DNA of 64,000 nucleotides from Antedon mediterranea (GCF_964355755.1 NC_092674.1:28024001-28088000); one strand, 5' to 3'. Positions 36,401 through 51,400 are shown, counted from the stretch's first letter. The notes: a model not told the origin generated them from the letters alone. A program made the numbers and translations.

Positions 36401-39400
36401 CTGTAGTTGGTGTGAACCAGGCAAGTTTTGCTGTTGAATAATTTCAAATTACATAGAACATGGAACCTGATGATAAACCAAGCTGATCATCCTTCAGATT
36501 TCCTGAGAAAAAAAATCAATTCCAGTGTTCATTTTACAAATTATAGTAAAAAAAATGTAGGATCTTTTGGTAATCTGGTCAAAAATGATATGAAGATACA
36601 CATTTTATATTGTCACAAAATAATGAGATCGAACAAACAATACCTGATAACTGGAAGAAAGCCCATTGTCTGGAAGTCAGCAGGTTTCTGATTAAATGTA
36701 ACTATTTTAATTTGTCTTATTTTCAAAGCAAAATAATTATTTTGGGAGAATAGTGAATAACTAAAGCTACAAAATGTCCTCAAATTCAAAAATTGATTTT
36801 ATTCATATTTATGTTTTCGGGACAATACATCTTCAAGTATTGATGACCGCTACTTTGACAGAAAAAACAGAAAGGGAAAATTATTCAAATATAATATTTT
36901 AAAGTTTGGTTTACTGAAATGTTTTCTATTATTCAAATGTAATAAGAAGAAGTACAGTAATAAAATCTGTATCGTTAGAATTCTTTAAAATAACTTTCCA
37001 TTAGTAAAATCCGAATGCTTTACTGCTTTCAGCTCGCCAAATCTTATAGAATATAGTTTGTCTAATTGTCCCTACATACATTAGTATATGGCCTTGATAT
37101 GTGATTGAGTAAGATCGTTTGTGTATGTTGGATTTACATGTAAAGAACCTGCAGCGTATTCTATATTCTCTAATGGTCTGCGGAGAAATCCAACTATTGC
37201 GTAGATTAGCCTCAAACTCAACATCAGGAAAAAAGATAGTTTTGAGCATAATCTTTGCTTCGTCGTACAAAAAAACTTGTGTACATATATTTACAGCTTT
37301 ACTTATCTGCCCATAGTAGCTAGGATTTTTAAATTAAAGGCTAATTGTTTTTTCAACAAAAGGACAATTTTTTCGCAAAAGGAGCAACATTGCTTGCTAT
37401 TAACATAACTATTAAGCTCTGTCTACACTATCAAACTTTATATGATGTGCCCATATATAGACATGATGGTGTCTATCACTACCATATTTAAGCATATCAT
37501 TTACCATATTTGGGCATATTAATTTTTTTGTCAAACTAGTTTAGGAGGTTAAGAATGACTCCGACTCCCCCCTCCCCCTCTTAAAATTGAACAGGACCCG
37601 TCACTTAAGAATTGCCATTTTTGGGTCCCATAGACTATTTCTACATACTGTACTCCACAACTCAAACCTTTAAATTGCTAAACAAAACCTTCTGCACACT
37701 CTCTTGTTTTGTTTTTCGGATGAGACATTAGTTCGTTGGTCATAAGACATAAATGCATGTACACACTGATATAGAGAATGTTATATTTTTATAGCATTGT
37801 ATCATCTTGCAGTGTACTGCGGCTCTATGTAGGTTTATTTTTATTTTTTTATTTTTATTCAATCGAAACCAACAGCGATAATTACCGCCACTAACAGGTT
37901 TGATACAAACGAAGCCAGGACTGTTTAAAGCACAGCCTTGATTGCTCCTGACATTGATCAGGGCTTCTCTCGTCCAGTGCCCACCTTGACCAGAGGTCTA
38001 AGGCAGATACTAGATGCAGGGGCTGCCATAAGAGTCAGCAGTGCTGATTTCAAATGCCTAACGGGACCCCAGCTCCGTATACAGCACCCGCTATTCCCAG
38101 ATGGTCTCCCATCCAAGCTCTAACCAGGCCCAACGTTGCTTAACTTCGGTGATCTGACGTTTGCAGAAAGCTTATTTTTATAAATAAACAGAGGACAAAT
38201 AATATCCATTTGAACTGTATAGCATAGAAAGCAGAGAAACTATAGATCGAGTATCTACTTTAAAACAACAGCAGCTAGATGTAGGTCTATGAATAAGTTC
38301 ATATTGAGGTGTTAATCATTTTACTTCTATCCAATCCATTTAATTCACTATTGAGAATCATTCGCATAAATCTAAGTATTTCCACACAAATTACGATAAG
38401 CTTAATTAGTGCTTAAATCGTGTATATTTGATTCACTGACAGTGCCACTATGCAAGATCAACTGTAATTAAAGCAACTGTGAAATATCTGTCAGTATGTA
38501 GTTCCAACGCTGTATGTCATAATTTTAATACTAACCAACCTTTTAAATGTGGTACCAACATCGTTTTTCTGTCACTGTTTATTTTAATCGAGAACAACAT
38601 TTTAAAATCAGTTACTGACAGTATTTTAAATTTTTTGAGGCATACAGTAATCAACATACTACATTTATATATTTCTATAAAAGCAGATACAACTACAACT
38701 CAAATGGTCCTGGGTTCAAGTCCTGTCATGTCAGGATTTTTTCTAAGGACAAAATTACAACTCCACTTCCAAAGACTTTCAATAAGACTTTGTATATGTA
38801 GAGCATCTTGTGTATATGTTTGTCTTGTGAACCTATAAGGGTTCCTAAAGATCAGCAATTGCTGGATGGATCACCCTCATTAAATTTGGTCAAAACAAAC
38901 AAACAAAACAAATAAAATCGCCATAAGATAGAAATGATAAATATTTATCGATACCAAAGTTCCATGACCTTGTGGTCATTTCCTTCACTATATCAAAACT
39001 GTATTACTGTATTCTTATTGAACAAAGATCAAAGTGGATTTCAAATCACGCACTACGCATAATTTTCTTTTATTTAAAATATTGCTAGAGGCTCTTATTA
39101 TAATATTGTCATTCTTGGTTTTGTCTTGCTAATTACAATAGTCAATCTTTCAACTCATTGAAATATTTTTCCCATTCAACTCATGAAATTTCAAATTATT
39201 TGTATATTGATTCTATGTGAGTACATAGAATATAGAGCCTTACCATTTCAATTCAAGCAAAACTTTAAGCCCCTTTAGGATGTTGTGTTTTTGTTTTTTT
39301 TTACCACATTTAATGCGGGTGATCCATCCAGCAATTGCTGATCATTAGGGAGGACCTTCAGAGGTTAACAAATATACATATTCACAAGATGCTCTACATA

Positions 39401-42400
39401 AACAAAGTCTTACTACAAGTCTGTGGGAGTGGAGTTGTAATTTTGTCCTTAGAAAAAAATGTGGCGGGACTTGAACCCAGGACCCTTGGAGTGGTAGCCA
39501 AGCCAAGCATCATAACCACCAAGCCACACCTCCGTTCTCAGAATACCTTTAAAATGGATTATATATTCAATTATTCATCAAATGTATTTGGTTAATTGCT
39601 TCTTTAAAGCTTTTTACGATAATGAGCGTTGAATTCATTAAAAATGAATTTACATTTTAAGATCCATTACCTAAGCTTCTACCTTTGGTTTGTTACAGTA
39701 TATTAGAAAACTGTTAAATATTAAAATGTTTAAGCTAGTGTGCTTCTAAATGGTCTATTTACCAATTGCTCTTGACCCGTATGTTGGATTGATACTTTAC
39801 AACAGATTCGAACAGATCCTTTCGGGGACATTTATAATGGGTAAAATCGCCGTTGTAATAGACTCTTTAAGCAATGCTTTATAATATTAATCATTAATAC
39901 CACTCAATTTAAACCATATCGGAACCTGTGCACTATTAAAAAATAATTATTGATATAATTTTTTTTTTCTTAATTGGATCGTGTACAGTACTGTAGATGA
40001 TGTATTATTATTACTTTGGTTAATAGTAAATACAACTCAGGGACTACAGTTGTTCAATTAAAGATACCGACAATTTTTTTTTTTCCTTTTCTGAAATGGA
40101 TATGAATTATTATCATAATTTCAAGGTAATGTACACTACTAGAGATGGTTAAAGTAAAAAAAAATTAATATTGAATATTTTTTTAAGATCATCTTGGTTA
40201 AAATGTACAATATGAAAATCTTTCATTTATCTACAGTATATTAGCGCTAGTAGCTACTCCAATTTCAGTTTGTGTGTTAAGTCTAGTTGTCAGTCATATT
40301 TCATTGTAATTAACATTAATTTGCATCGAAATTCTAGCTTTCGTTTGTGACAGTGTGTTTGCGTTCACTGACGACTTCATTACAGCAGTTGTCATTCTCA
40401 AATTTCAGAATTTCTTTTGACAGTAAAAGAAATGTCAGTATTGTTTGGTAAATGGGTATTAAAAGGTCTTTATAGCCAGCAAATGTCATGCCTACTGTAG
40501 GTTCTGCTGTTTTTTCTTATGATTGAGTCTGGTCTGTAGTATTTATTGGTAATTATGCTAAAGCTCTGTCTACAAAACAAATATGGTAGTGATATGCTTA
40601 AATATGGTAATGATATGACATCATCATGTCCATACAGTATATGGGCACCTCCCATGTTTTTGTCGCATAAAGTTTGATAGTGTAGACAGAGCTTAATAAA
40701 GCTTTTTTATAAAACATTAAAGGATTGTTTATTCATATTTGTTTCATTTCAAGAAAATAAAATCTGTTGGAAGGGAGAGATAATGTTATTGAATTTGTAT
40801 GCTTTTAGTTTGTGTAAATGTACAACTTTATGAGGTGTACTGTTGTTTTTTAAACATTAACATTAATACATTAAACATTAAACTTATTGATATTTGGGTA
40901 GTAAAAACTGTAACAATTTCAATAAATATAAACTCAATTAGTTTTATTTGAAATCAGAATATTAATTATTGATCTGCATACAGTTCAACTGCATTGTGGA
41001 TGATAATGTCAATTCTATTATTATATTATTATATTTGATTATTGTTAGCAGGAATATGGACAAATTTGTGGCTAAGTATACTTGGGAATAATTGTTTCCA
41101 ATAGACCTGAAGTTACAATAAGTTCATCAAATGTCATGTCATATTTGTGCTGTAAATGAACTTTGAATAGATTAAATTTACTTCTACTCAGTTTGAATCT
41201 TTAATGTATCTTTACAAGTCGCAAACCATCCACTCATAACGTTATTAACGTCAAATCAACTTGTCAACTTATAGAAAAATGTATCATTTATGCTAAATAA
41301 AAAAAAAGCCTTTAATTTTACAATATTTGCATTTTCTCTTAACTGAAATGCCATCAACGTAAAAAGCTGCGATTTAAATTTATTTGCAAATAAGAATATT
41401 TACAGACCATACTGTAAGTACCCAATCACTCATAAGTCCAACTTGTCAAAATAGAGAAAAAAATAATCTATGCTAAATAAAAAAAAGGGTTTTATTTTAC
41501 ATGCATATATTTGTGTATAGATATTTTTGTAACTTGAATTTTTAGCATTTTCTTTCCATTGTTGAAATTAAGATACCTTGAAAAACCCTGTTAAAAAAAT
41601 GAAATGACATGCAGTACATCTAAAAGCAACATATTTATTTATTCACTTCTTTTGATTGGTACAAAACCAGCGATTTTCTATTTATAAATGAACTACACAC
41701 TAAACAAACAGCAAAAACACAAGCAGTATTTACAGTCTTAAAGATGTATTGTCCCCCAGAAAAAGTAATTCTTAAAAAATTGTGTTGAATATTCCATTTT
41801 ATGTAACATAATAGTTATCCACTTTGAACAAAAAATTAGATCGAAAAAAAATGTATTTACCTGAAAAAAATGTAATTTAAAGTAAAAAATGATCAAATTG
41901 GCTGCCAGCCAATGGATTTTTAGTTAAATTTAACCATTTATTTTGTCATTTTATAAGTGAAAACATTTTTTTTTCTATGGAAGTGATTAACTTTATCAAA
42001 ACTACAAAATAACACTTTCAAAGTCTGATTAAATTAATCTTCATTTTTCATTTTTTTTGGGGAGACAATACATCTTTAAGACATGAATAGAAAATCAAAC
42101 AAACAAAGTATTGTACTCAAAATCTCTTTCTTCTTTTTCTTCTTCTTACAAACAATTAGAAAGACAAAAGAAAAAAAGCAAGTTACTTTAAACTGACTGA
42201 AATTTATCATTTGATTGATAATGGTTTTTCTCGGAATTACAATTCTGTTTTATACTGTTTACTTTTCTAGATTCATTTTAATAATTTAAACAGATAGTTT
42301 TATACATTTACTTAAAAGAATATAACATAAAATGACAACTAAGTCATTGTAATCTTCAATTTATGAGTTGAAAAAGTTAAATGAATATGTCACCATTTAC

Positions 42401-45400
42401 AGAATTCATGGAAAAATAATTTATATGACGTACAGTATGCTACAAATTGTATTGTTTTAGATACATATTGTTATTTTTCTATTTTAATTTTACCGATAGC
42501 GTTATACATTTAGATAAAAGAATTTAATATAAAATTACTAAGTTTAACCTGATTATTGGAAAAAAATATTGAATTTAAAATTGAAATAGAAAAGTAACAT
42601 ATTAATTGAAATGTTTTTTGTCTAATAGCCGGAGTTATGATTCCGCCGTTTATGAAAACAGAAGATGGTTTTGAACTGCAGTTTCAGGTCAACTATCTGG
42701 GTCATTTTCTGCTTACATTGCTGTTATCCGATCTCTTGATTAAAACAGGCGTACACAACAAATGCGCACGGATAGTCAACGTTTCCTCCGTGGCTCATAT
42801 TTGCGAAGATCTCGATATGAACAACTTAATAGACAGGTATGACTTATGATTGACACTCAGCTATGCATACATTTAATAGTGGCACTTAAGAGGTTTACTT
42901 ATTAATTATAAGGGTTTAGGTTCGATTACCGATCGATTATAGTTATTAAGTGAGTATAATAATAATAGATTGTTGCTGCAATTTTAAAGTTTTTGTGAAA
43001 ATTAGTGAATTACATGCTTTCCAATTTCCTGATCTAAGTCCTTGCATCATATATTATAATTTATTTTTATGGACAAGACTTTGCTTGTGAAGTAAATGAT
43101 TTAGTTACTCATCTTTTTTTGATGTGTAAAACAAATTGAATAGAACCCCTATTAAGGGGACACTTTATGACCTAGCAAAGTTTCCTATTAGTAGGTATTG
43201 TCCCCTGAATATGGTTGGCAGTATACAGTAAGTGTTAAAATGCATAATTATTTTCCTTTATCTGTTTTACAGGGAGGTGTACCCCTGAATTGGGGTGTCC
43301 CCTGAATTTGTATGTCCCCTGAATAGAGGTGTCCCCTGAATAGAGGTGTCCCCTGAATAGAGGTGTCCCCTGAATAGAGGTGTCCCCTGAATAGAGGTGT
43401 CCCCTGAATAGAGGTGTCCCCTGAATAGAGGTGTCCCCTGAATAGAAGTGTTTCCTCTGAATAGAAGTGTTTCCTGAATAGAAGTGTTTCCTGAATAGGG
43501 GTGTCCACTGAATAGAGGTGTTGCCTGAATAGAGGTGTTGCCTGAATAGAGGTGTTCCCTGAATATGGATGTCCCCTGAATAGAGGTGTTTCCTGAATAG
43601 GGATGTCCCCTGAATAGAGGTGTTTTCTGAATTGGGGTGTCCCCTGAATAGAGGTGTCCCCTGAATATGGATGTCCCCTGAATAGAGGTGTTTACTGAAT
43701 TGGGATGTCCCCTGAATAGAGGTGTTTCCTGAATTGGGATGTCCCCTGAATAGAGGTGTTGCCTGAATAGAGGTGTTTCCTGAATTGGGATGTCACCTGA
43801 ATAGAGGTGTTTCCTGAATTGGGATGTCCCCTGAATAGAGGTGTTTCCTGAATTGGGATGTCCCCTGAATAGAGGTGTTGCCTGAATTGGGGTGTCCCCT
43901 GAATAGAGGTGTTTTCTGAATTGGGATGTCCCCTGAATAGAGGTGTTTCCTGAATTGGGATGTCCCCTGGATAGAGGTGTTTTATGGTATAGTACTATGA
44001 ATAGTTTAACAAAGTAAACTATAATACTCGTTTCAAGCCTTGAAATATAGAAAGAAAATATTTTTTTTTTTACTTTTCATTTATCTTTTAGAACTTTTTA
44101 TGGAAAATATTCAAGTTACTCAAACAGCAAATTTGCAATAATTCTATCATCATACAGACTTCATCAGAAGTTGATGACTCGAGGAAATCATGTGACCGTC
44201 AATTGCGTTCACCCTGGCGTTGTCAATAGTGAATTGTTCCATCATTACCATTGGGCCTTGCAGCCATTAAGAAGAATATGTGCAATGCTTCATGTCTTAA
44301 AGGTAAAGTCTTTAATTTAGTTTAAACTATGCAACTACTATTTTGACGATTTGTGAGGCAACTAAACAATTTAATTTCTTGAACGTAACAGTCTTGATTT
44401 TTTGGCATACTAAACATACAATGAGTGATGAGCCTAAAGCTCTGTCTACACTATCAAACTTTATGTGACAACAAAATGAGATTTGCCCATCTTTGAACAT
44501 GATGATGTCATATCACGACCATTAAGCACATAACTACCATATATGGACACATCACACTTGTTAAACTATTTGATAGTGTAGACAGAGCTTAACACTATTT
44601 CATTCCTTATTAGCTACAGTCATTTATAAAAGTGAGGTACTTTGTCTTTTTGCTGTGTAAACCTCATCCATTAAATATAATGTAAAAATTGACTGGGAAA
44701 ATTGTTCACAAATTAAGTTTTAAGAGAAGATTTTTGCAAATGTCATTTTTAATATATTTTTATTGTTAATTGTTATTTTTGTTCACTAGACATTAACAAA
44801 AAAAATTATATTGGTATCATTATTGAGCTAAAGAGAGGTTTGATTATTTTCCTGCCCTCTCTTTCTTTTAATAATGGTTTTTTCAAAAAGAAACATAGAT
44901 AGATCCGATCTGAGTAGTCAACTGATTTCTTCTCGTAGCATTAGATTAAGATAAGCAACACTCATAGACTACTAACACCAGCCACTGTCGGTTTCTGTAG
45001 TTTAAAGCTCTGTCCACACTAGAAACTAGTTTGACAAAAAGTGTGATGTGCACAAATATGGTAGTGATATTACATCATCATGTCCATATATGGGCACATC
45101 AAATTTTTTTGTCACATAAAGTTTGATTGTGTGGACAGGGCTTAACATAATTATTGCAAGATTTTGTCTATTTGTAGATTTGTTCCCCTAAAATATTCCC
45201 TATTAAAACAATGCTAGTGACAGTGTGACACAGTTACAGTGATACGACGATTAATAGCTTTCCATATATCGTAATTGTTTATCGGGCCTAAGGGAGTTGT
45301 TAATGTAACTGAAATTATCTTCAAGCACTCTCAACATTATCAAATTTTCTTAGATAATAATCTATAATTTATTTTTATAATGAAATTTTAGATGATAGAT

Positions 45401-48400
45401 TAGAAAGTGAATTGCTTGTTAGATAAACGGTTTGGAAATCTATAGCTCTGAACGCACATGTAGAAAAAAGGAAATAAAAGAAAATTAAAGAACATAAATT
45501 CAAAGGTGAAAAAAAAAAAACATTATATAGAAATGTGTAGTATAGAGCTCTGTCTACACTATAAATTTATTTTGACAAAATAAGTGTGATGTGCCCAAAT
45601 ATGGTAGTGATATGCCCAAATATAGTACTGATATTGCATCATCATGTCCATATTATGGGCACATCACATTTATTTTTGTCACATAAAGTTTGATAGTGTA
45701 GACAGAACTTAAGGTTATTGAAGGTTATTAAAGCTCTGTCCACACTATAAACTAGTTTGACAAAAAAGTGTGATGTGCCCAAATATGGTAGTGATATTAT
45801 GTCCATATACAGTATGGGCACATCACATTTTTTTGTCACATACGTGTGATGTTTAAAACTATTAGCTTAGACCTAGTTTTAAATTATTACTTTTTTCTTT
45901 CATGCTTTATTTTTCCATGTTTAGCTCTCACAATTTCATCAATTTTAGATTTATTCAATACATGTCTATGATGAAGGCTGAGGGTCTCTAAAGGGCGCCC
46001 TCAGGCTTCTTGTACGAGTGATAGTTCTCTTCCATCACATAGTGTCATATCAAGAACTAGACCAGGTAACGAAGAAAACGCAAAATGAAATTGAATCATG
46101 AAGATAGTTTAGTTCTAATCATGCACTATCGTTCACCCAACCTACTATAAACTTGTTTGACACATTTATCGTAAAATTTAAAATTAAATACTGGTCTGAA
46201 ACATACAATTGTATGCTGTGTCCATAATGTCATACTGTATAATTACCATATTTGGGCATATCACTTCCATTTGTGGGCATAGCTTTAAATGTTCAGTATG
46301 CCCATTTTTATTCCTTGCCAAATGTATTCATGGCTGCTGCAACCTTAACCTTCTCTTCCCCCTCCTAGATAATTAACCTACCTCCCCCCCCCCCCACACA
46401 CACACACACCCTAAGGAATACAACCTACACCTCCCTCCTAGATAATCAACCTTACACATAACCCCTAGGTAATTAATCTACCCCTACAGAATGAACCTAG
46501 AGGAACCTGCAGTACACCTAGATAATCAGCCTAGCCCCTCACAATAATTAACCACCCCCTAGATAATCAACTTATCCCCTAGATAATTATTCTAGCCCCC
46601 TCCCCCTCCCACCTAGATAATCAACCTTACACATAACCCCTAGGTAATTAATCTACCCCTAGAGAATGAACCTAGAGGAACCTGCAGTACACCTAGATAA
46701 AAAGCCTAGCCCCTCACAATAATTAACCACCCCCTAGATAATCAACTTATCCCCTAGATAATCAACTTATCCCCTAGATAATTATTCTAGCCCCCCCCCC
46801 CCCCCCTCTAGATAATCAACCTTACACATAACCCCTAGGTAATTAATCTACCCCTATAGAATGAACCTAGAGGAACCTGCAGTACACCTAGATAATCAGC
46901 CTAGCCCCTCACAATAATTAACCACCCACTAGATAATCAACTTTTCCCCTAGATAATTATTCTAGCCCCCCCCCCCCTCCCTCTAGATAATCAACCTTAC
47001 ACATAACCCCTAGGTAATTAATCTACCCCTAGAGAATGAACCTAGAGGAACCTGCAGTACACCTAGATAATCAGCCTAGCCCCTCACAATAATTAACCAC
47101 CCCCTAGATAATCAACTTACCCCCTAGATAATTATTCTAGCCCCCCTAGATAATCAACCTACAGGAATCTACAGTAACTCCTTAGATAATCAACCTAACC
47201 CTAAATAATCTACTACTTAACACTAAAATTAATATTTTTACTTCTACTGTAAAATCGTGCGAGTATAAACAATGGATACCTTGTAAAACGTACACAGATC
47301 TGTTGTAGACCTTCCATTAGTACAATGAAAATAACATTCATTAGAGCATCAACCTTTAACATTCTACTTTCTGTTTGAAAGAAAAACACACTTGTCATTG
47401 GACAGGATTATAATTATTGAATGTAAATAAATATTCGATTGTGAGTAGTGCTGGTAACTATATGAATAGTCAAGCAATTATGCGTTTTGCACTAGTGAAA
47501 CGTGACTGTAAACTTCAAGAGCGACGCTCTTGAAGTTTACGCTGCGTCACACCACGTACCATTTGATTAATTTTTTAATTTGAATTTCTTCAATGCAATT
47601 CTGTGCATGTGTAGACGCATGGCAACTTGTTAGTTATACAATGCTATAAATAAACGACTGATGATTACATGTGCATACTGTAAAGATAGATTATTTGCTT
47701 TTGTTCAAAAGTCATGAATTTCCATAATGGAATTTTGTTGCTTGAACTTTACATTCACAGGGACAAAGTAATGTTTGTCAGCGTATCATACAGTATCATA
47801 CAGTTATCATAGTAATGGTCATACAGTTATCATACAGTTATCATACAGTTATCATACAGTATCATACAGTTATCATAGTAATGGTCATACAGTTATCATA
47901 CAGTTATCATACAGTATCATACAGTTATCATAGTAATGGTCATACAGTTATCATACAGTTATCATACAGTATCATACAGTATCATACAGTATCATAGTAA
48001 TGGACATTTTCTTCCTACATTGTAACCTCGGTCTCCAAAGAGGTCTAGCATTTTATACATAAAATTAGGCAAAAACATGAAAAAAGATGATTAATTAAAT
48101 CACACTTTAAATAGTTTATTTTGTAGTTTTAATACAATTAATTACTTCCGTAGAAAAAAATGCGATAACAAATAATGTTTTCACTTATAAAATGACAAAA
48201 TAAATGGTTAAAATCAACCAAAAGTTCATTTAATGGCAGCCAATTTTACTATTTTTTGTGTAAATTATATATTTTTTTTCAGGTAAATAATTGTTTTTTC
48301 TATCCTATTTTTGGTCAAAGTGGATAACTATTATGTGACATTAAAATGGCATATTCAACAAAAAACATTTTAATATTTTTTTGAGGGGGACAATACAGTA

Positions 48401-51400
48401 CATCTTTAATAGAATGATACTAGGAAATAGCTCTTTTGACAAGTTTATCATTTGCTTATGATCGTTGTAGTGTTTGGTGTTCCACAAAGAAATATTTGTG
48501 GATGCATTCGAAAGAGTATATTTCACTAGGCATGCATGCATTTAGAACTTTTTTAGAAAACTTTGTTTTCATTTCGCTCATTTTTGTTTAAGTTTTGGAA
48601 GATTTTACTCGGTGTACAGCGACTTTCTGATTTTTTGTTCTTGAGTTTTTAGTGTGATGAATATTATTATTATGAAATTATTCTTGATAAAGTGAAATTA
48701 ATTGGTTGGTCAGTGATGTTGGTCATTCAATTAATTAGCAAGCCTTTTAGCCAGTTCCTGTCAGAAGTCCCTAATCTGTCATTCATTTCAAATGTGTTAT
48801 ATAAGACGGTTAAATCTACAATAATAATCGGACAAGTAGGTCATAGGTGAGCATTATTGATTATTGGTTAATAACTAATATAGTGTAACTTAATCGTAAG
48901 TAAAATAAGTTAAAATAATTTTGTAACTGAAGGTAATTAGTCTAATTCAAATATTAGGTTGACAAGTTAATTAACCTAATGAGGAATACTCTATATAGTA
49001 AATTTAATTAATAACCATATTACAAAATATCATTACTATAATTCCTGAATTACATTTTTTTTTTTGTTTTTTTTTTATTTTAATAATTTTTTTTGTGTAT
49101 TTTTTCGAAATTGTGATACTGTACTTTCCTTTTTTTACTAACGGTTTTTGTTTTATTTCTTTAACAGAGATATATTACACCGTTTATTTCATTGTTTTCT
49201 AATCAATAAAATAAGTAAAATTGATTGCATTTCATTTCTATTATTCTATGTCCTATTTAGTATCAAATGAAGTATTCATTTTATGATTATGTTGTTTTGA
49301 TTGGTCGTCTCCGAAATATTGGTTAAATTAATGATACTCCAAATTGTTTTGTGAGGAAATGAATCTGAATAGATACACTCTGCCCTAGATATACAATAAT
49401 ATCAGAAATTAAACTTGTATGGTTTCTAGAATTGTGATGAATATACTGTACAGTTGTTTTATTCACGTGGAAATGTCCTTAATATCATACTACTATCCAT
49501 AGTATAAGAACAATGTGTAATGTTAATATCTGTGTCATAAATACTAACATAACACAAGTTACATCAGTATACTGTAAATGTCCAGTTTCATTGTCAGTAC
49601 AAATGTCCAATTACATAACTAGGTCTATCACTTTGAAATGTCCATGGAGAACATGTTCAGTTTATGTTGCATTGTCCAGTCCAATTATGTTATAATGTCT
49701 AATAATTACGTGGTTTGACTGATTTCTAGTCATGTTGTAATATTCAATCATGGAATGTCCAATTATTGTATTTGTCAGCGTTGCAATACTTTCATGTTGT
49801 AATGTCCAAGCACACATTGGATAATGCGTCTAGTCACGTTGTAAGTCCAAGCACATATTGGATAATGCGTCCATTGTCTATGATCGCTCCGTTGGTAAAC
49901 GATATTGACAGTTGTAGCTAAAATAATCTATTGTATACATAAAGAAAACTTGATGCGTCACATTTTCTAAATTGAAAATGTTTGGTTGTGGTGATGGTGG
50001 CAGTTTGGATGTGGTGATGGTGGCAGTTTGGTTGTGGTGATGGTGGCATTTTGGTTGTGGTGATGGTGGCATTTTGGTTGTGGTGATGGTGGCATTTTAG
50101 TAGTGGTGATAGGGGTAGTTCTGGTTGTGGTGATAGAGGTAGTTCTGGTTGTGGTGATGGGTAGAGTTTTGGTTGGTAATGATTGAAGCTATGGTTGTGG
50201 TGATAAGTAAAAGTATAGTTGTGGTGATGGTTGCAGCTATGATTGTGGTGATAATAGAGTTACCCTGTATGATTTTGGTAATGGTTGTGGTGATAAGTAG
50301 AGCTATGGTTGTGATGGTAGGTAGAGTTATGGTTGTGGTGATAGGTAGAGTTATGGTTGTGGTGATAGGTAGAGTTATGGTTGTGGTGATAGGCAGAGTT
50401 ATGGTTGTGGTGATAGGTAGAGTTATGGTTGTGGTGATAGGCAGAGTTATAGTTGTGGTGATAGGTAGAGTTATGGTTGTGGTGATAGGTAGAGTTATGG
50501 TTGTGATGATAGGTAGAGTTATAGTTGTGGTGATAGGTAGAGTTATGGTTGTGGTGAAAGTAAAGTTGTGGTTGTGGTGATAGTTATCGATATGGTTGTG
50601 GTGATAAGTAGAGTTACGGTTGTGGTAATGGTTGCAGCTATGGTTGTGGTGATAAGTAGAGCTATAGTTGTGGTGATAGGTAGAGCTATGGTTGTGGTGA
50701 TAAGTAGAGCTATGGTTGTGGTAAGGGTTGCAGCAAAGATTGTGGTGTGGTTGTGGTGAAAGTAAAGTTGTGGTTGTGGTGATGGTTACAGATATGGTTG
50801 TGGTAATGGTGGCAAGAAAGTAATGGTAGAGAATGCGCTGTATTACAGGTAAATATGGTATACAAGATTTTATATTTGATAGCAAAATGCTAATTCATTC
50901 ATTAAATATATTTAATTGCCACTTCAAACTTAAATAACTTTTAACTGATGGCTTTGTGACAAACCACGTAACAAATTCTACACCTGTTTGTCATCCGTGA
51001 TTAAGCGATCGCTTTTCCTGCAAATCTATGTCCCATGAGGGCAGTCTAAAGTTATGTACATTTTAACACTAAAGCTTAGCGAATCCAATTCGTGTGTCCA
51101 CATTTTACTTAATGTGTTTTTTTTATTATATGCTAGTATCATAGTATGAACCAGATCTTTCAGTTAAGAAGTTAAGAAACATTCTGCATGGTTTTTATTT
51201 AATTAATTTCAGCTTTTAGATTTACTGATTATTTTTCTTTGTACAGCACGGCAAAGCGGCATAAACTAGATGGTGTAATACTTGCTTATCACCAAAGGTT
51301 AAAATATATCTCGCAGAGGGCACTCTTTCGCTTGCCACAACTTCGGTTGTCAGTTGAACCAGTGGACCACACTGGTCAGTGTGAACCAGTGAACCACACT

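Noticed and set aside
36440-36700. Possible nested minus-strand mini-exons (acceptor/donor-like sites near 36690, 36643, 36503)
   Set aside because: No recognisable protein, only one short open frame and no supporting further exons; cannot be supported without RNA data
38080-38159. Functional 5S rRNA gene
   Set aside because: Lacks the first ~35 nt and the oligo-T terminator; continues into a body and A-rich tail
39460-39536. tRNA gene
   Set aside because: A and B boxes present but no clean cloverleaf, and it is joined to a repeated SINE body
43248-43508. ORF with repeated [13 protein letters not shown]
   Set aside because: Translation of the 17-bp minisatellite
50097-50885. 262-aa Thr/His-rich mucin-like ORF and antisense Val-rich ORFs
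   Set aside because: Product of a 24-bp minisatellite that lacks stops by composition; no signal peptide or exon context
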